Numbered from the stretch's first letter, positions 49,878 through 64,000 are shown. The stretch is DNA of 64,000 nt from Lepidodermella squamata (GCA_047495785.1 JBLDXI010000060.1:186001-250000); one strand, 5' to 3'. Made by a program: numbers and translations. Notes: generated by a model from the sequence alone, not told the origin.

Positions 49878-50924
49878 CTCAAGAAACAGGTTAGCGCTTT
49901 ATCATACAAACCCTAATGTCTCAGTTCTGAGCACCATAATATATCTTGGTTTTATCTCCTCGATTGCACATTTATCGAATTGCTGTCCGTTCTTAAGGCG
50001 TCAGATAAGAGACGTACTTAGTCACAAGAGGCTGAATGTAGGAAAGTTTAGAAATACGATATCCTCTTTTATTTTATTTAGAAAGCGTTATATCATTGTG
50101 ATAATGCTGCCATGATCCCTACTGCCATATAATTTCGCCCACGTATTTTGTGGACCACGAACAGCACACTTAGAGAGGATTCGGCATAAAAAACCGTGTT
50201 GTAATGAACATTGAATAGAGATGCGAGACATTTGGCAAATCGGAGAGGAATCAATGTAATCTATTATTAAAATTGCTATTACTGCTTCCAATTAGTCGTG
50301 ACACTTTCCGCACAACCTTAATTCTTATCAGGGGGAGTCGAAAGAGTACCGTGGGAACACGCTCCCTAGTACTAATTAGTATGCCCAGAAGATTGCGAAC
50401 AATCTCATTACCACACACATCGGAATATTTTTGAAAGAGAACTGGAATGAACCGCTTTTTTGTTCTTTTGGCTCTTCTAGCCTGTTGTGTTGCAGCAGCA
50501 GCTTCTTCGCAACACTGCTCCAAGGATGGCGAAAGCTGCATGTCAAACGAATGCTGCCCGGGCCTGTGAGGCTGAATATTTCGTAATCTACGAACATTTT
50601 TCAAATACAAGTTCACTATAGGACACCAATTGAATCAAGATACGGCGCTTACTGCACGTGCATGGCGCCGCCAACTGCCTATGCACCACCTTGTGCTGCG
50701 CTGGGCGATGATTGCCGTCACAATTTATGCTGTTCAGGCTTGTAAGTTACTAGAAATCAGAGATGTTCTCAATCTCAGTTGCTTACTTCTAAAAGGACGG
50801 CTCGTTGGACGTATAGCAACGAATGGAAGCGTTCTTATTGCAGATGCGGATAATCGGAAGATCGGTCGACTTCATTGGAGACAAAAAAGACGAAATATAC
50901 TTAGCAACCAAATACAAAAAGACG

Positions 50925-51055
50925 TGTGAAAATGCTGGGAAATGCTGGCTTCCCAACTAATTAAAAACATATAACTTCTGATTTCAATGTCGGTTGAGAT
51001 CATCAAGAGTTTTATCTTTTATCAGATTCACGAGCTTATAAAAACAACCCCAAAT
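50925..51055 (+). repeat. Dispersed repeat, second copy at ~57011-57140
   Basis: ctggcttcccaactaattaaaaacatataacttctgatttcaat...aaaaacaacccc is nearly identical at both sites. Confidence 0.85.
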
Positions 51056-51955
51056 TTTAGCCGTGATCGAAAGCTCCACGACCGCTAATAAAGGAAATAT
51101 CTCTGGAAAATACCTGGTAATAAAACGAAAGTTTAGCAGAACTTGGTATTTAGTTAAGCAGCCGTTATGTCAGCAAAAAGCTCTTAAGCAATTGACACTT
51201 CAGCAACGCCCACTTTAGCATTTGTACTATGTATTCACCAAACTACTCTTCAGAAAAAGGCTTATGAGCAATGAAATAATCGAGCAAGCGTCATTTCCCG
51301 ATTTCCCGAGTTTCAGTAACATTCTTTCTTTTTATCGTTGCTCTCGAAGGGCTATTTTCTCGGGGGAAACCGAAGTCTCAGTCATCAGTTCGATTCCTCG
51401 TTTTGGTATGACGCTGGAGACTAAAATACTTATCTAGTGAGAATATCTGTGGTAAGTACTTGAAATTGTAAATTTGGCAGCATTTACCTTGTGGCTTGAG
51501 GCATTTACCGTTCTGAGTTCTGAATTCATACTACAGGCAACTAGTACATTCATGTTTGTCATGTGCGGATATACAAAACCGCGCTTACTCCCACTTCGCA
51601 CACGTTGAATACACGGTGCGCGCGCGATTAGTTATAACGCAGCATTGACTCCATTTATAGCGTTTCTCATTTCCCGCAAATTATCATTAACTGTTGAAGC
51701 ACCGGGTAGATAGGGGTTTGACAGCCCTATAGATAGCGCTGACGATTAAGTCCATTTTGCTAACAAAATTCCAGAAATGTTATCGATGGCGCTAATCATT
51801 CGACGCGTTAGCCTTCGTATTTTTGACTGACTTCTTTGGTATTTATACTGTTTATTAAATAGTCATATTTTCAAGAATTCATAGCATGTATAGCATGTTC
51901 ACGTGATACGCGTCTCATATTTTAGAAATATATGTGATAGCGAGTTTAAACGGAA

Positions 51956-53877
51956 ATGCGCTGGTCAGCCATGGTAACATTAGCCCTTGTGGCAACATGT
52001 TGCCCCGGAAATGCAATCTTCGTCTCGCCAAGCCTGGCAAAAGCAAAGGCTGCTCAAATTGATGCCCTTCTAAGAGCTGTCCAAGAGGACGTTGTCACAG
52101 AAGTGGACCAAATTATCAAAGAACATTTTGACGGCATTGAGCTCCACAAGATTAGCAATGCCAATGGGTGGACTTTGCTTCACCAAGTCGCAGCTTCCGA
52201 CAGCTTACAAGTCTTAGAATACTTACTACCTGCTGAGAAAGCGCCTAAACAGGAAGAGAACCTGAGCGAAGAGACGCGAGCGCTGATTGAAGCTGTTGAC
52301 AAAAGCAACCGAACGGCCATTTTCTACGCATTTGCGGGAGTTCAAACACACCTTATCAAATATTTCGCGAACATTTCTCATATCGATGCGGACGGCATGC
52401 CTCTGAGCCATTTTCTTGTCAAACGCAACATTTACGGGGCTCTGTCGAACCTGTTAAAGAACACAGTCGGAGAAGATTATTTGCAGAATGAAGCCGGAGA
52501 AAGTCCACTGCATACGGCCGTGAAGCTTGGAAGACTTGAGATCGTGCGATCCATTCTCGCGAAAACGCCAGCTTGGCTGTCGAAAGTAGACAACTACGGA
52601 AGAACACCTATGCATACTTTGGGCCTGAACTGCGCCAACCTGGAAACTTTAGCAATGGCTCAGCTTCTGAGCGATCGCTTCCAGCAGTTTGAGAAAAGGC
52701 GAGATCTATTCGGCGAAACGCCATTGGAAACGGCAATCAAGCGGAATTGCTTGAGCTTGGTGAAATTCATGCTGGAGAAGAGCTCAGATAGCGTATGTAC
52801 TGCTTTGAACCCTCGCGATGGCTACTCGCCGCTGCACATTGCCAAGGTGCTTGCTCTCAGTGACATGTTCAATGTTATGGTCCATACTAACAAATGCGGG
52901 TTGGATCAGGTGGATGATTTGAAAAGAAAGGTCCGAGATGTCAGCGCGATAGATGAAGCCGCGATGCCGACACTTAGACAAGGTAAATTCGTTCCTATTT
53001 CTGATTACGTAATTTCGAAAAATTCCTCATTCGAGCCAAAAAATCGATATCGAAAAATATTGTTAATGTTATTCCTGATTTTAACGAAGTCAACTCGAAA
53101 ACATCATAAATTTACAATAATTATATTAGAACTGATCGAAATAAAGAATACTTACTTTTTATTTGGCTCTTTAGAATTGAACAAGCTACTTTCAGCTTAT
53201 ACTGCTGTTATAGGAGGTAAGATTATGCAGTAATCTATTCTATGAATATATCGCTGAGCTAAAATTTCTCACAGTCCTAGTGGAAGTTGCTGACAAGGGG
53301 TACCGTAAGCTTTCCTCATTACTCAACTAAACAGCAGTCACGAATATGCATGTTACCCGCCAGAACTGACCAAGCTCAAATCCGCCGTTGAAACGCTGAG
53401 ACGTAAGTTTCCGCACTTCTGTTCCATCTTTCTGAGTTACCAATCACTCGGTCGTTTTCTTTGCCAGCTGTATGCGATCAAGGATGCTTGAATGGAGGTT
53501 TCTGCTACGCTACAAATGCTTGCAAGTGTGCAAAAGGCTGGTTCGGATCCGACTGCAGTAAATTGGTAAGTTTCCGAACCGATCATCAAGGTGTTTCAAA
53601 CGGTTCGCAAACTAATTTGCGGGTACCAGTACCTATGGAAGGACATCCCTTTGCGCTGAGTGAACGAGCGGAGGACATCACTGGTATAGATTATATGTAC
53701 AAGACAGGTGACACCCTACACCCTTATCCAAGATCGCACCCTGGGCACAACGCAATGTTATTGAGTGACAGTGGCGAATGGAGGTGGGAGATAGGTGAGC
53801 TTCGGGTACGCCAGAACCCCGAGGCCATAATTGCCCATAAGTCTGACTACAGATCTGCTGCACAATCGCAGATCTAA
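51956..53877 (+). CDS. Signal peptide + ankyrin repeats + EGF-like domain protein (exons 51956-52982, 53275-53304, 53364-53402, 53468 onward; 3' end uncertain)
   Basis: MRWSAMVTLALVATCCPGNA; GWTLLH, GESPLH, GRTPMH, GETPLE and GYSPLH repeats; phase-1 GT-AG introns link in frame to VCDQGCLNGGFCYATNACKCAKGWFGSDC. Confidence 0.7.
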
Positions 53878-54425
53878 CTGGTACAAGAAATTACTACATA
53901 TAAGTATACATACTCGATGCTCGCAATCATAGCTATAATATGACCGAAAATAAGTGAAAAGTGGGGTTTGGCGTATTTTCTGTATTTTCCACCAAATCGC
54001 AAAACGTGTGTGGACTTGAAGAGGGACGATTCTTGGATTCCTAAATGTCTCTTCTCAGTTTTTCTTGAGGATTTTGAATATTAAAATTTCAGACCTCTTA
54101 GATGCTCTCTAACCAATAATTCTGCGAAAAAGCGAAAGCTAAAGCTTGCTACGCTCGCGGTGTTGCAATTCTCTGTTTACTAGCATTCCAGCCCCAAAAC
54201 TGGAGCGAATAGCGAACCGACAAAAAAGCATCACCGGGAAAAAGGCCAATATAAAAATGCGAGCGACGTATAGTCGCGAGCGACAAATTTGATTGGCATC
54301 CCCCTTCCGGCGAAAAGCCTACTTCCTTCACTGTTTTTATATTGCTTCATGAAATTTCATGTTTCGTGTACACATAGGTTCATGAAATTCAGCCAAGTCA
54401 AGAAATTCTTGAAAAGTACAAACAG

Positions 54426-56511
54426 TTGTCGACTGCGGTTGGCGAGACGCTGGACGCGGTGCGGGTGTGGCTGCTCGTGACGGACATCGATGTGGCCACT
54501 AACGGCAACTTCGACCCGAATTGGCGAGATCCTAATAAATACACGACATGTAATAAATGGAACAAAAACCTCACTCTGCTTCACCGTTTGCTGAACTGTG
54601 CTTCGCGGCAACCCGAGCAGCGGCTAGAAATCGCTCGCCTGTTCGTAGATCGTGGTGCAGATGTCAATGCAAAGGAGGATAATGATGGCAACACCGCGTT
54701 GATTTTGGCGGCCGGCAATGGGCACGTCGAAGCGGTGAGGCTGCTTCTGGATCGCAGCGCCGCCACCGAGGCTAAGACTAACAGTGGCGACACTGCGTTG
54801 GTTTGGGCGGCCTGGAATGGGCACCTCGACGTAGTGAGACTACTTCTGGATCGCAATGCAGCCATTGAGGCCAAGGATAATGATGGCGACACGGCGTTGA
54901 TTTTAGCGGCTAAGAATGGGCATGTTGGCGTTGCGAGACTGCTTCTAGATCGCGGATCGGCTATTGAAGCCAAGAATAATAATGGCGACACGGCGTTGAT
55001 TATGGCCGCCGTGTATGGGCGGGTTGAAGCTGTGCGGCTGCTCGTCGACCGAAAAGGCGCAATCGACGCCAAGAAAGACGGTGGCGAGACTGCATTTATG
55101 TTGGCGGCTTATAATGGGCAGGTCGAAGCAGCTAGACTGTTGCTAGATCGCGGAGCCGCCATCGAGGCTAAAGATAACAGTGGCTGGACGTCGTTGATGA
55201 GGGCGGCTTCCCAGTCGGAAATCAGTAGACCGAGAAATAGCGGAATGATCGAATTAGGATTTAATAAAGATCTATCAACTATGATCGTAGAAATTAGGTC
55301 ACAGCTAGACCGAGGCGACCATTCAAACAGCCCGAATCGTGTACATTGCGTCTATTCCCATAGATCGAGGCTCCTCGATCGCCGCTAGGTCAGATTTTGT
55401 TCAGCTTCAGACAATTCATTGGCAATAATCAGCACATTTAATTACTCAACGAAGGTTTAGCCACTTGGAGTAGGCCAGGGTCGTTTAAATAGGATCTAAC
55501 CAGATCGATCTAGCCAGGGTCGACCCACCAGCAGCGATGCTCTAATTTAACCACTGACTTGGCCACATTCTAGGTCATCAATTTCACACACATGGATCTA
55601 AGGCGATAGATCTACAGATGACCTACGTGGCAATATTCAGGTCATGAATTGTCTTGTTCGATTCAAAATTGGTTTGAGTCCAGCACGTGTCGTTATGACG
55701 CAGCACGCAGCATTGTTACAGCATCGGATTTCTGAACTACTTTGAGAATGAAATAAATCTCTCATTCCGCCATTCTTTAACCTAATTCGCACTTGCCATT
55801 TTCAGTCATAATTTTTGTTCAATTTTCTTGACTTTCTGTTGACTTGCTTTTTCTCTGCTATGCTAAGGCTATGCTGCTAAACTAATAGCGGTTAGGGTCT
55901 AGCCAGGATCTATTTTTTTACGACTGGGTTCTAATGGGCAGGTGGAAGCAGCGAGACTGCTTCTGGATCGCAACGCCTCTATCGAGGCCAAGACGAACAG
56001 TGGCTGGGCGGATGGCTGGACGGCGTTGATTTTGGCGGCCTGGAATGGGCACGCCGACGTTGTGGGGCTGCTCCTAGATCGCGGAGCCGTCATCGAGGCC
56101 AAGAGTAGCCGTGGCGAGACGGCGTTGATGTTGGCAGCAGGCAAAGGGCACGTCGAAGCTGTGCGTTTGCTTCTTGTCCGCGGAGCCGCCATCAATGACA
56201 AGGATAATGACGGCAATACGGCGGTGATGTTTGCAGCTGGAAATGGGCACTTCGAAGTAGCGAGACTGCTTCTGGATAACAAAGCCGCTATTGAAGCCAA
56301 GAATAACGATGGTGACACGGCGTTGATATTGGCCGCCTATTATCGGCACGTCGACGTGGTACGGCTGTTGTTGCACCGAGGTGCAAATATACAGGCGACA
56401 GATAAGCACGGAAAAGCAGCACTCGATTATGCTATTTGCCTTGGCAAAACTGACGTTGCCGACCTGCTGCAGCAGCGGGGAGCAACTCGCGCCAAGCCGT
56501 CTTGTGGCTAA
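54426..56511 (+). pseudogene. Ankyrin-repeat gene interrupted by a transposon insertion
   Basis: Tandem G.TALI.AA.NGH..VVRLLLDRGA repeats; removing 55210-55928 and one TT restores GCG GCT TCT AAT GGG (AASNG). Confidence 0.8.
55210..55928. mobile_element. 719-bp non-autonomous CMC/EnSpm-type element
   Basis: Termini cccagtcg...cgactggg with a 2-bp TT target duplication. Confidence 0.8.
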
Positions 56512-57587
56512 CGCGACATGAAACAATACAACATGTGCGCATGCCGTAGTGGAATATAACTCAACTACCTCAACTATTACCTCAACATATTAGCATTTTC
56601 ATCAGCATTGTCACTGCTATTTTACCTTCCTAAATCCAGTGATGCAAGAATATCATACTTAGATAATTTTAGTATCTGGCACCTTGGCGCTGGGCCCATG
56701 GTTCAAAGCCAACTAACCCTTGCAGTTCCTCTTGCGTAAAAGAATGTTGACGATGAAAAAAGCGAAATTGTTTACTTTATTCAGCTGAATGTAACCCGCA
56801 TGGTGCAATTTTGACCAAGTGAACTGCCTAACAAAAGGTTTTTATAACAGGAGTTTTCTTGTTTTCTCCCAATTGTTATAATGGCTTTTTCGGCTCCTTC
56901 AAACAGCAAAATTTCTTTCATTATAGGCCTGCAGTTATTGGGGCGCTTGACATGGGGCGCTTCTCACCAAATATATCGCAAGGTATATTGCAACCAACTA
57001 CAATAAAACCTGTGAAAAATGCTGGGGAATACTGGCTTCCCAACTAATTAAAAACATATAACTTCTGATTTCAATCTCGGTTGAGATCATCAAGAGTTTT
57101 ATCTTTTATCAGATTCACAAGCTTATAAAAACAACCCCAGCTTTGGGCCGTGCTCGGCGACTTCAAGATCGCTACTTAAGGAAAATCGACTAAGACCTTG
57201 AATAAAATTGTTATTAAGGAACGCCTTATCACGCCTTGTCAAGCGTGAGAACTACCTGAGAACCGTTATAGTTCATAAGAGGGACTGTTTCGTATTCGTT
57301 AGCTGACGGAATGCTCGATTTTGCTCTTTGGACGAGCTTAAACAAACGTCAAGCTTCAAAAAGCGCTTGAACTCTGTCTGCGAACAGTCAATCCCGTTCC
57401 TTTCTTACTAAAGCCAGTTGCCGGAAGCACTGTACACTCCAGAGTTCGGGAGGTCCTGGTAAGAAAACGTGTTGATTGCATGAGTTCAATTTAGCACGAT
57501 CCTGGATCATGCGCACATTTCCAACGTTAGCGTTTTAAAATAGTTAAGTTTTATTTGGTATACATAAATCTGCAATAGTGTATTTAT

Positions 57588-58244
57588 TTAGCTGGATTTA
57601 GTTTTAACATTAGTTGCGACTGCAACTATTATTGCTACTAAGCAGCAAATGCTGAATAACACCAAGCAGATCATGCATAGAACAAAGGCGTCCTTGTATG
57701 GCCCTTTCACCTTTCTGTCCAAAGCCCGCTGTTGCGGAGTCCAGAATATTTCAGGACCAGGCGGCGTGGTGTAGTTTTCATCCCCGACAGCATTTGGCCT
57801 ACTCCATGCGAATATTGCGGCAGGAATGGCGCAGCATATGAAGCCAGTGAACAGGCTGCAAATCGACCATCGTCTGACGCACGTCCTCAACTCAGCTATT
57901 GACCTCGTCATTGGTATTACGGTATGATTTTGCATGTATCTGCGGTTCATGACGATAATGCTGGAAGGAAAACGGGAATCCTATGAATTGAAACGTTTGT
58001 CTCGTTCTTACTTTTGAACCGGGGCCGTTCCCGGTCCGCCGTACGGGGGCTGCATGCCGTAAGTTGGGACTGCCACCGTGTAGATGCCTCCATTTGAAAT
58101 AGCGGCAGTGCCTAAGAAATTGTGTGGCTGCGTCCCATTTGGAATGGCAAGGCCAGCGGCGCTAAAATTTTGCGACCCGGTACTTTTAATGTTGGAAGTC
58201 TGTAAACCAGTGCCATCACTATAGGTTTGCGAATATACCTCCAT
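57588..58244 (-). CDS. CD225/dispanin (IFITM/PRRT)-like membrane protein, paralog 1
   Basis: Pro/Tyr/Gly-rich N-terminal exon, then WSICSLFTGFICCAIPAAIFAW and YKDAFVLCMICLVLF as two hydrophobic segments. Confidence 0.55.
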
Positions 58245-58539
58245 TTTGAATGCTGGAACCTCCTGAAAGAGAATAAAGCCATAAACAATGGAGCAAAACG
58301 TTCGCGTTGGCGTCAAGGTCTTAGTTTAATGTATTTGTGAATTATTTATTGAATGACGCTCGAACTTGCGTGGTCGACACTTTCTTTAACGAAAGAATAT
58401 CGATTATACATTTTTGTAGTTTGCCTAACCTGGAAACTGGAAAACGGTGCGAAGGCGGAATACCGAACTCTCACCATTAAAGACCTTGACAATTAATGTT
58501 GTTTTTATTTAGAGAACCATATTTGCAAACTCAACCCGC

Positions 58540-59411
58540 GCTCAGTGTATCATTACTACGAGCGGCATAATAAAATTCAGAACTGAACATGAGAAGCACA
58601 GTACATCCTTAGAATGCGATATATTTGTCATAAACTCTATCGCTGTCGAAGCGAGCGTTGTCCTGAGAAACTCCTGAAGAAAATCTTTTGAGATGTAAGG
58701 ATTCACCTGATGAACGGAAGAAAGTTACAGACAAAGGTTCAAATAGATTCGACAAAAGGTCACTCTTTATTAGTTGCTGTTTGCGGGTTCAGCAGGGCGA
58801 GAATGGGGCATCACACGGGCGTGGTAGTCGTTGTAGTCGTTGTCCCAAAAAATTCGGCAGAGCGAGAGATGGACACCCCGATCCCCACAGAGCTGAAACC
58901 TAGAATGAAGAATCCCAATATGCACGCCAAACTTAGGTAATATGCGGTTTTGTAGGGGCCCTTGATGGCGTTATCTCTCGCCATTTGTTCTGGACTCCAC
59001 ATGAACGGTGGTCCAGGCGGCGAGGCATAGTTTTCTGGCTCAACTGTACTTGGCGTTTTCCAAGCATAAACGATTGCAGGGATTGCGCAGCACCAGAGAC
59101 CAGTTAACAGTGAACAAATCGACCAGCCTCGTGCACATGATTTGAGCCGTTCAAGTGGCATAGCTGCCATGTAGAGGTCGTTGTTGTTGTGATTTAACCC
59201 ATAACCGGCATTAATGACGATCACACTGAAAAAATCTCACATAACACTTCGATGAAAATATAGTGATAAGACTCTACTTTTGTCCTTGTGGAGCGCCCAT
59301 TGCATTAATGTGGCTCCATGATGGCTGTAAAGCGGGTGGAGGGTAGCCTGTAGTGTAAATATTCTGATTTTGGAGGCCTTGCACTGAATAACCGCCATAT
59401 CCTTGATACAT
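58540..59411 (-). pseudogene. CD225/dispanin-like paralog 2, C-terminus frameshifted
   Basis: Relative to paralogs 3 and 4, PCDA is read as PV-stop at 58811; the last exon is degenerate. Confidence 0.6.
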
Positions 59412-60145
59412 ATTCGCGAAAGTATTGAAGTTTGCTCACAGCAATAAAAATCCGGCACGCTGGAAATCCTTCAACTCATTCAACGCTTGTTCTTGATTTT
59501 AAAAATACTCATGTGTCCTCATCACTTTGTTTATAGTTATATTTCGATTTATTATCTACTACGCCTGGTAACAAATGCTAAAATCAATTTTAGAAGCTTT
59601 TAACGGAGCCCGAAATTATGGATTTGCTCGAATTTCCTGTTTTTGATCGATTAATGGATGGCACCCTAATTAATGACGAGATCCAGGACGGCTTCGTCTA
59701 TTATCTTCTAAGACTCGGTAAATAAAAAAACTCTTACCTTGCACCGTATTGTTCATAAGTAACACCTTGTGCCTGTAATTACCGCCTAATTTCATGTATG
59801 CCTTATTTCCAGTGTCTTAAAACTCAATTTCATGTTTACGCTGAAAAGCTGAATGCTGCCAAATAAGAGCGCATTCATCATAAATCTTCATGAATGTTAT
59901 TTTCACCATGCCTCGGCCTTTATAAGACTATTGCGAAAACGCAGTAAATTATTATCCCCCGTCGTCAGTATGTCTTGTTAAGTGGAGCTCGCCGAATTAG
60001 GGGGAAAACTTTTTCATCCGACAAAATGACTTCTTTTATGCGTTATGCGACACATGTTTTATTTCATCCGAAATTCAAAAATGTAACTAAAATCATTCGA
60101 CATGAAAATATCTTATTTATTAATGAGAGCAACATGTATGCAAAT

Positions 60146-61054
60146 TCAACCCAGGGTCAGAGTATCGTTCCTCCGAGCAGCGTAATAAACTTCTGAATTG
60201 AACATAATGTTGTTCACATAAGAAGCACAGTACATCCTGAGAATGCGATATTTGTCAAAAACGCAGTTGCAGTAGAAGCGGGCGTTATCTGAGTATAGCT
60301 CGAGGAAGTCCTTTGAAACATAAGGATCAGCGTGATTTACCATAAACCAACTGATAAACGACAGAAAATTTAAATATTCAGTTAAATATTGACACGTGCA
60401 GAAGCTCACTCCTTATAGGCTGCTTTTGGCGGGTATGTCTTTTGCATGGCATCACACGGGCTTAAAGTCGTTGTAGTTCCTTCAGGCTCGGCAGGGTGAG
60501 AGAGGAACACCCCGAGTCCTGCGGAGGTGAAACCGAGCATGAAGAATCCCACTAAGCAGACCAAACTCAGGTAGTAAGCAGTTTTGTAGGGACTTTTGAT
60601 GGCGGCATCTCTCGCGATTTGTTCTGGGCTCCACATGAAAGGCGGTCCAGGCGGCGAGTCGTAGTTTTCTGGCTCAACTGCACTTGGCTTTCTCCAAGCG
60701 TAAACAATAGCAGGGATAGCACAACACCAGAGACCAGTTAACAATGAACAAATCGACCATCCTCGTGCGCATGCCCTTAGCCGTGAAAGTGGCGTAGCTG
60801 CTAGATGGAGGGCATTTCTTTGGTTATGTAGCTGATTGAACCCATAACCGCCATTGACGACGAACACACTGAATAGATTTCAAATTACACTGCAACAAAA
60901 ATTGGGTTATAACAATTTACTTTTGTGCTGGTGGAGCGCCTGTTGCATTTATGTGGCTCCATGAAGGCTGTAAAGCGGGAGCAGAGCGGCCTGGGCTGTA
61001 GATATTTTGATTTTGGAGGCCTGCCATTGGGTAACCGCTATATCCTTGATACAT
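60146..61054 (-). CDS. CD225/dispanin-like paralog 3 with Cys-containing C-terminal domain, 3 exons
   Basis: MYQGYSGYPMAG exon; WSICSLLTGLWCCAIPAIVYAW; last exon DNARFYCNC...MYCASYVNNIMFN. Confidence 0.6.
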
Positions 61055-63242
61055 CTTGGCGAAATTATAGAAGTTTGTTCTTGGCACGCTGGAAATCCTT
61101 CAACTCATTCAACGCTTGTTCTTGATTTTAAACATCCTCATGTGTCCTCATCACTTTGTTTATAGTTATATTTCGATTTATTATCTCCTACGCCTGGTAA
61201 CAAATGCTAAAATCAATTGAAAGTTAAGAGAAAAGCTTTCAACAGAGCCTGAAATTATAACTAGAATCTCTTGTTTTTGAAGTCGCATTACTGATGACGA
61301 TGACAGTTCCAGTCATGACGTGATCCAGGTGGGCTTCTATCATCTTCCGAAACTCGCACACAGTAGAGCTTGTTCAATTCAACGCTGCGGCCCCCACCAT
61401 AGCATCCTCGTTACCTTTGCTCAAAGTTGAAAAGGGGAAAAATTGAAAACCTTTCGGCGGTGCCCTAAATTTGCAAGAAAGCTTCAATGCTTTCCGTCCG
61501 TCTTGTTAAGCGTTAAGCAGACTATAATTTATAAGCCAACAAAGCTGGAATCCGGAACCCATGATAATTAAAATTGAGCGAGTATTTTCACGCTTTTATC
61601 GTGATTTTGAGAAAACTAAAAATAATTAAAACCATTTTTGTGGGGTTTTCTGCGACTCATTTACAACCTGATTAATTTTCTGTCCAAACGGATAGGATGC
61701 CTGACTTTTATTCGGTGCCTAGCCGAATTTAATGAAAAAATTATCGTGTAAATTCCGCGAAGCATTTATGTAGATTTGATGGACCAAATTTTCTTGCTTC
61801 TGATTAATTATTGATCGCTTGAAAATCGCCGATTCTCTTGGCTCATCAAAAAATCGATTTCAATCTTCGAATTATCGAAGGTAAATATACGCTCAAAAAC
61901 AACACCGAGGCCTAGTTTCCAGGTTAAATTTGTTTTAAATTTGTATTATTATGTCTTGTTCGCAATGCGATGGCAATGTCTTAAACTGAAAACCACGGGG
62001 AATTTTGCGAACAATATTTTTTCGAAATTAATCGTGCATTTTTTTAATTAATTTTTATAAAAACGTTTACCCGAAATACCTGTAACACTTTTTGAAATTA
62101 GTCACAAAATAATCAACATGTTTTTAAATTATTTCTAGTTCTCTCATAACAGCAATAAATAACGTTAAAAACGTTAAAAGCAAGCTAATCCTGTTGTTGA
62201 CGACATTCGAGTTAATTTTCATATCAAAAATAAATAAAAACAACGATCATTATGACCAGCCCGAGCGCCCAGAAGAATTGAATCGAATTGAAATTGAATT
62301 TGAGCTTTTTTGTGAAAAGCATAGCAGCTGGAACGTGTTTTCTGCTACTGAACCCCTATTTGAAAAATGTTGAACCAATTCCAAGTATGCCTCGCTTGGA
62401 AGAGCTTATCTTTCAATTTTACATTTCTCACACTAATTAGGTAAACACTGGCATTTTTTCCAAGTTCCAATCAATATCCGTTCCGTTTCTTAACCCGTTT
62501 AGACCGGCATCTAGGATTTTAACGCTACGGTCATAATCTTTTCAGGAATTAATGATGGTATCATAAATATGACAAAAAACTTTTGGGTGACCCCACCCCC
62601 AACCGTCTCCGAGTTACGCAATGTCCCATTTATGGGACGCTCGGTCATTCTTATAGGCAAATTTAGAAATAACCATATAAATCAGAATTTTGTCATACTA
62701 GTGACTCAGGGCGTCAATAAAAGAGTGAGGAATACGAGGGAAACTATCATCATCTCTATCATCATTTTGGGTGAATGAATAAGTCCAGAACGTCCTCAGT
62801 GGCCAAATACTGTCAAAAAGATGTCAAATTATGTCAAAAAATGCATTTTAATCGTTTTAAATTCAGGAAAACGCTTCATTTATAATGTATTTGCTGATAT
62901 AATCACCTTCGATTGTACCTAAGTGATCCTAATTCTGATTAAAATTCGTTTTCCCATTTTTTACTTTGAACAACGATAACGGTGAAACCATTTTATTTGA
63001 CAAATAATTCGTGCGCTGGTGTCTTGATTAAATCGATCCTTGCATTATTTATTGGCGCACGTTGCAGCTAAAAAACATTTTTTTGAATGGAATATTGATT
63101 GCATTTTGCTGCTAACCTATAAAAACTGCGGAGGCGGATTATCGAACTCTCACCATGGAAGATTTTTGATGAATGTATTTTTATTGTGAACAATTGGTCA
63201 GTGAGTTTTCAATTAAGAATACAACATACAACTTTGGCAAAC

Positions 63243-63960
63243 TCAACCCACATCCTGTGTGTCATTCCTAACAGCCCACTTATACACCGGAGTATTAAAC
63301 ATGATGTTGTTCACATAAGAAGCACAGTACATTTTTGGTGTGTGGTATTTGTTGTACAAGCAGTCGCAGTAGAAACGAGCATTGTCGGAGTAGAGCTCGA
63401 GAAAATCGTTTGAGATAAACGGATCAGCGTGATTTACCATAAACCAACTGTTAAGTGATAGAAAATTTACAATTGATAAATGATACCGAAACTTTAGCGA
63501 ACACTAACTCTTTATAGGCTGCTTTTGGTGGGTATGTCATTTTCAAAGCATCACACGGGCTTAAAGTAGTCGTAGTCGCTTCAGGACCGGCAGGGTGAGA
63601 GAAGATTAGCCCGATTCCGATAGAGCTGAAACCTAGCATGACGAATCCCAACGTGCACACCAAACTCAGGTAAAGAGCGATTTTGTAGGGACCCTTAATG
63701 GCGTTATCTCTGGCGATTTGTTCTGGGCTCCACATGAAAGGCGGTCCTGGTGGAGGGACGTAGTTTTCTGGTTCAACTGCAGTTGGCTTCTTCCAAGCAT
63801 AAACTATTGCTGGGATTGCGCAGCACCAGAGACTGGTGATCAATGAACAAATCGACCAACCTCGTGCGCATGATTTGAGCTGTGAAAGTGACGTAGCTGC
63901 TAGATTGAAGCCATTTCTTCGGGGATAATAGCCATAGCCACCATTAATGATGATCACGCT
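63243..63960 (-). CDS. CD225/dispanin-like paralog 4 (5' exon outside the window)
   Basis: Exons 2-3 are closely similar to paralog 3. Confidence 0.6.
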
Positions 63961-64000
63961 GAAACGGTATCACATATATTATAAGATCGCAAGGAAAATG

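Overview
Compact animal (metazoan) genomic DNA with ~50-60 bp GT-AG introns; the species cannot be determined from this window. The dominant feature is a three-gene cassette (A-B-C), repeated three times in tandem (~5.0-25.4 kb), encoding FtsJ/RrmJ-type RNA 2'-O-methyltransferases whose motifs most resemble the asfarvirus (ASFV pEP424R-type) enzyme. Gene A has an uninterrupted CDS, an intact K-D-K-E tetrad and an NLS-like N-terminal extension. Genes B and C share an intron at the same codon and have lost the second catalytic Lys, yet stay open, and the three genes are packed like an operon. Four of nine copies are intact (A1, B1, C1, C3). One dead copy is interrupted by an 851-bp terminal-inverted-repeat element carrying a tRNA gene cluster (intact tRNA-Lys-CTT plus four degenerate or partial tRNAs). 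Other genes: a Cys-loop channel, four Ly6/three-finger proteins, an IFI27-like peptide, two GABA-B-like class C GPCRs, a kinase-ankyrin fusion, a PAN protein, a candidate neuropeptide precursor, a secreted CCA-enzyme/poly(A) polymerase-like protein, an M6PR-like gene, two ankyrin genes and four CD225/dispanin-like paralogs. There are also many non-autonomous DNA elements and palindromes. All family assignments come from motif recognition by eye; no database searches were run.
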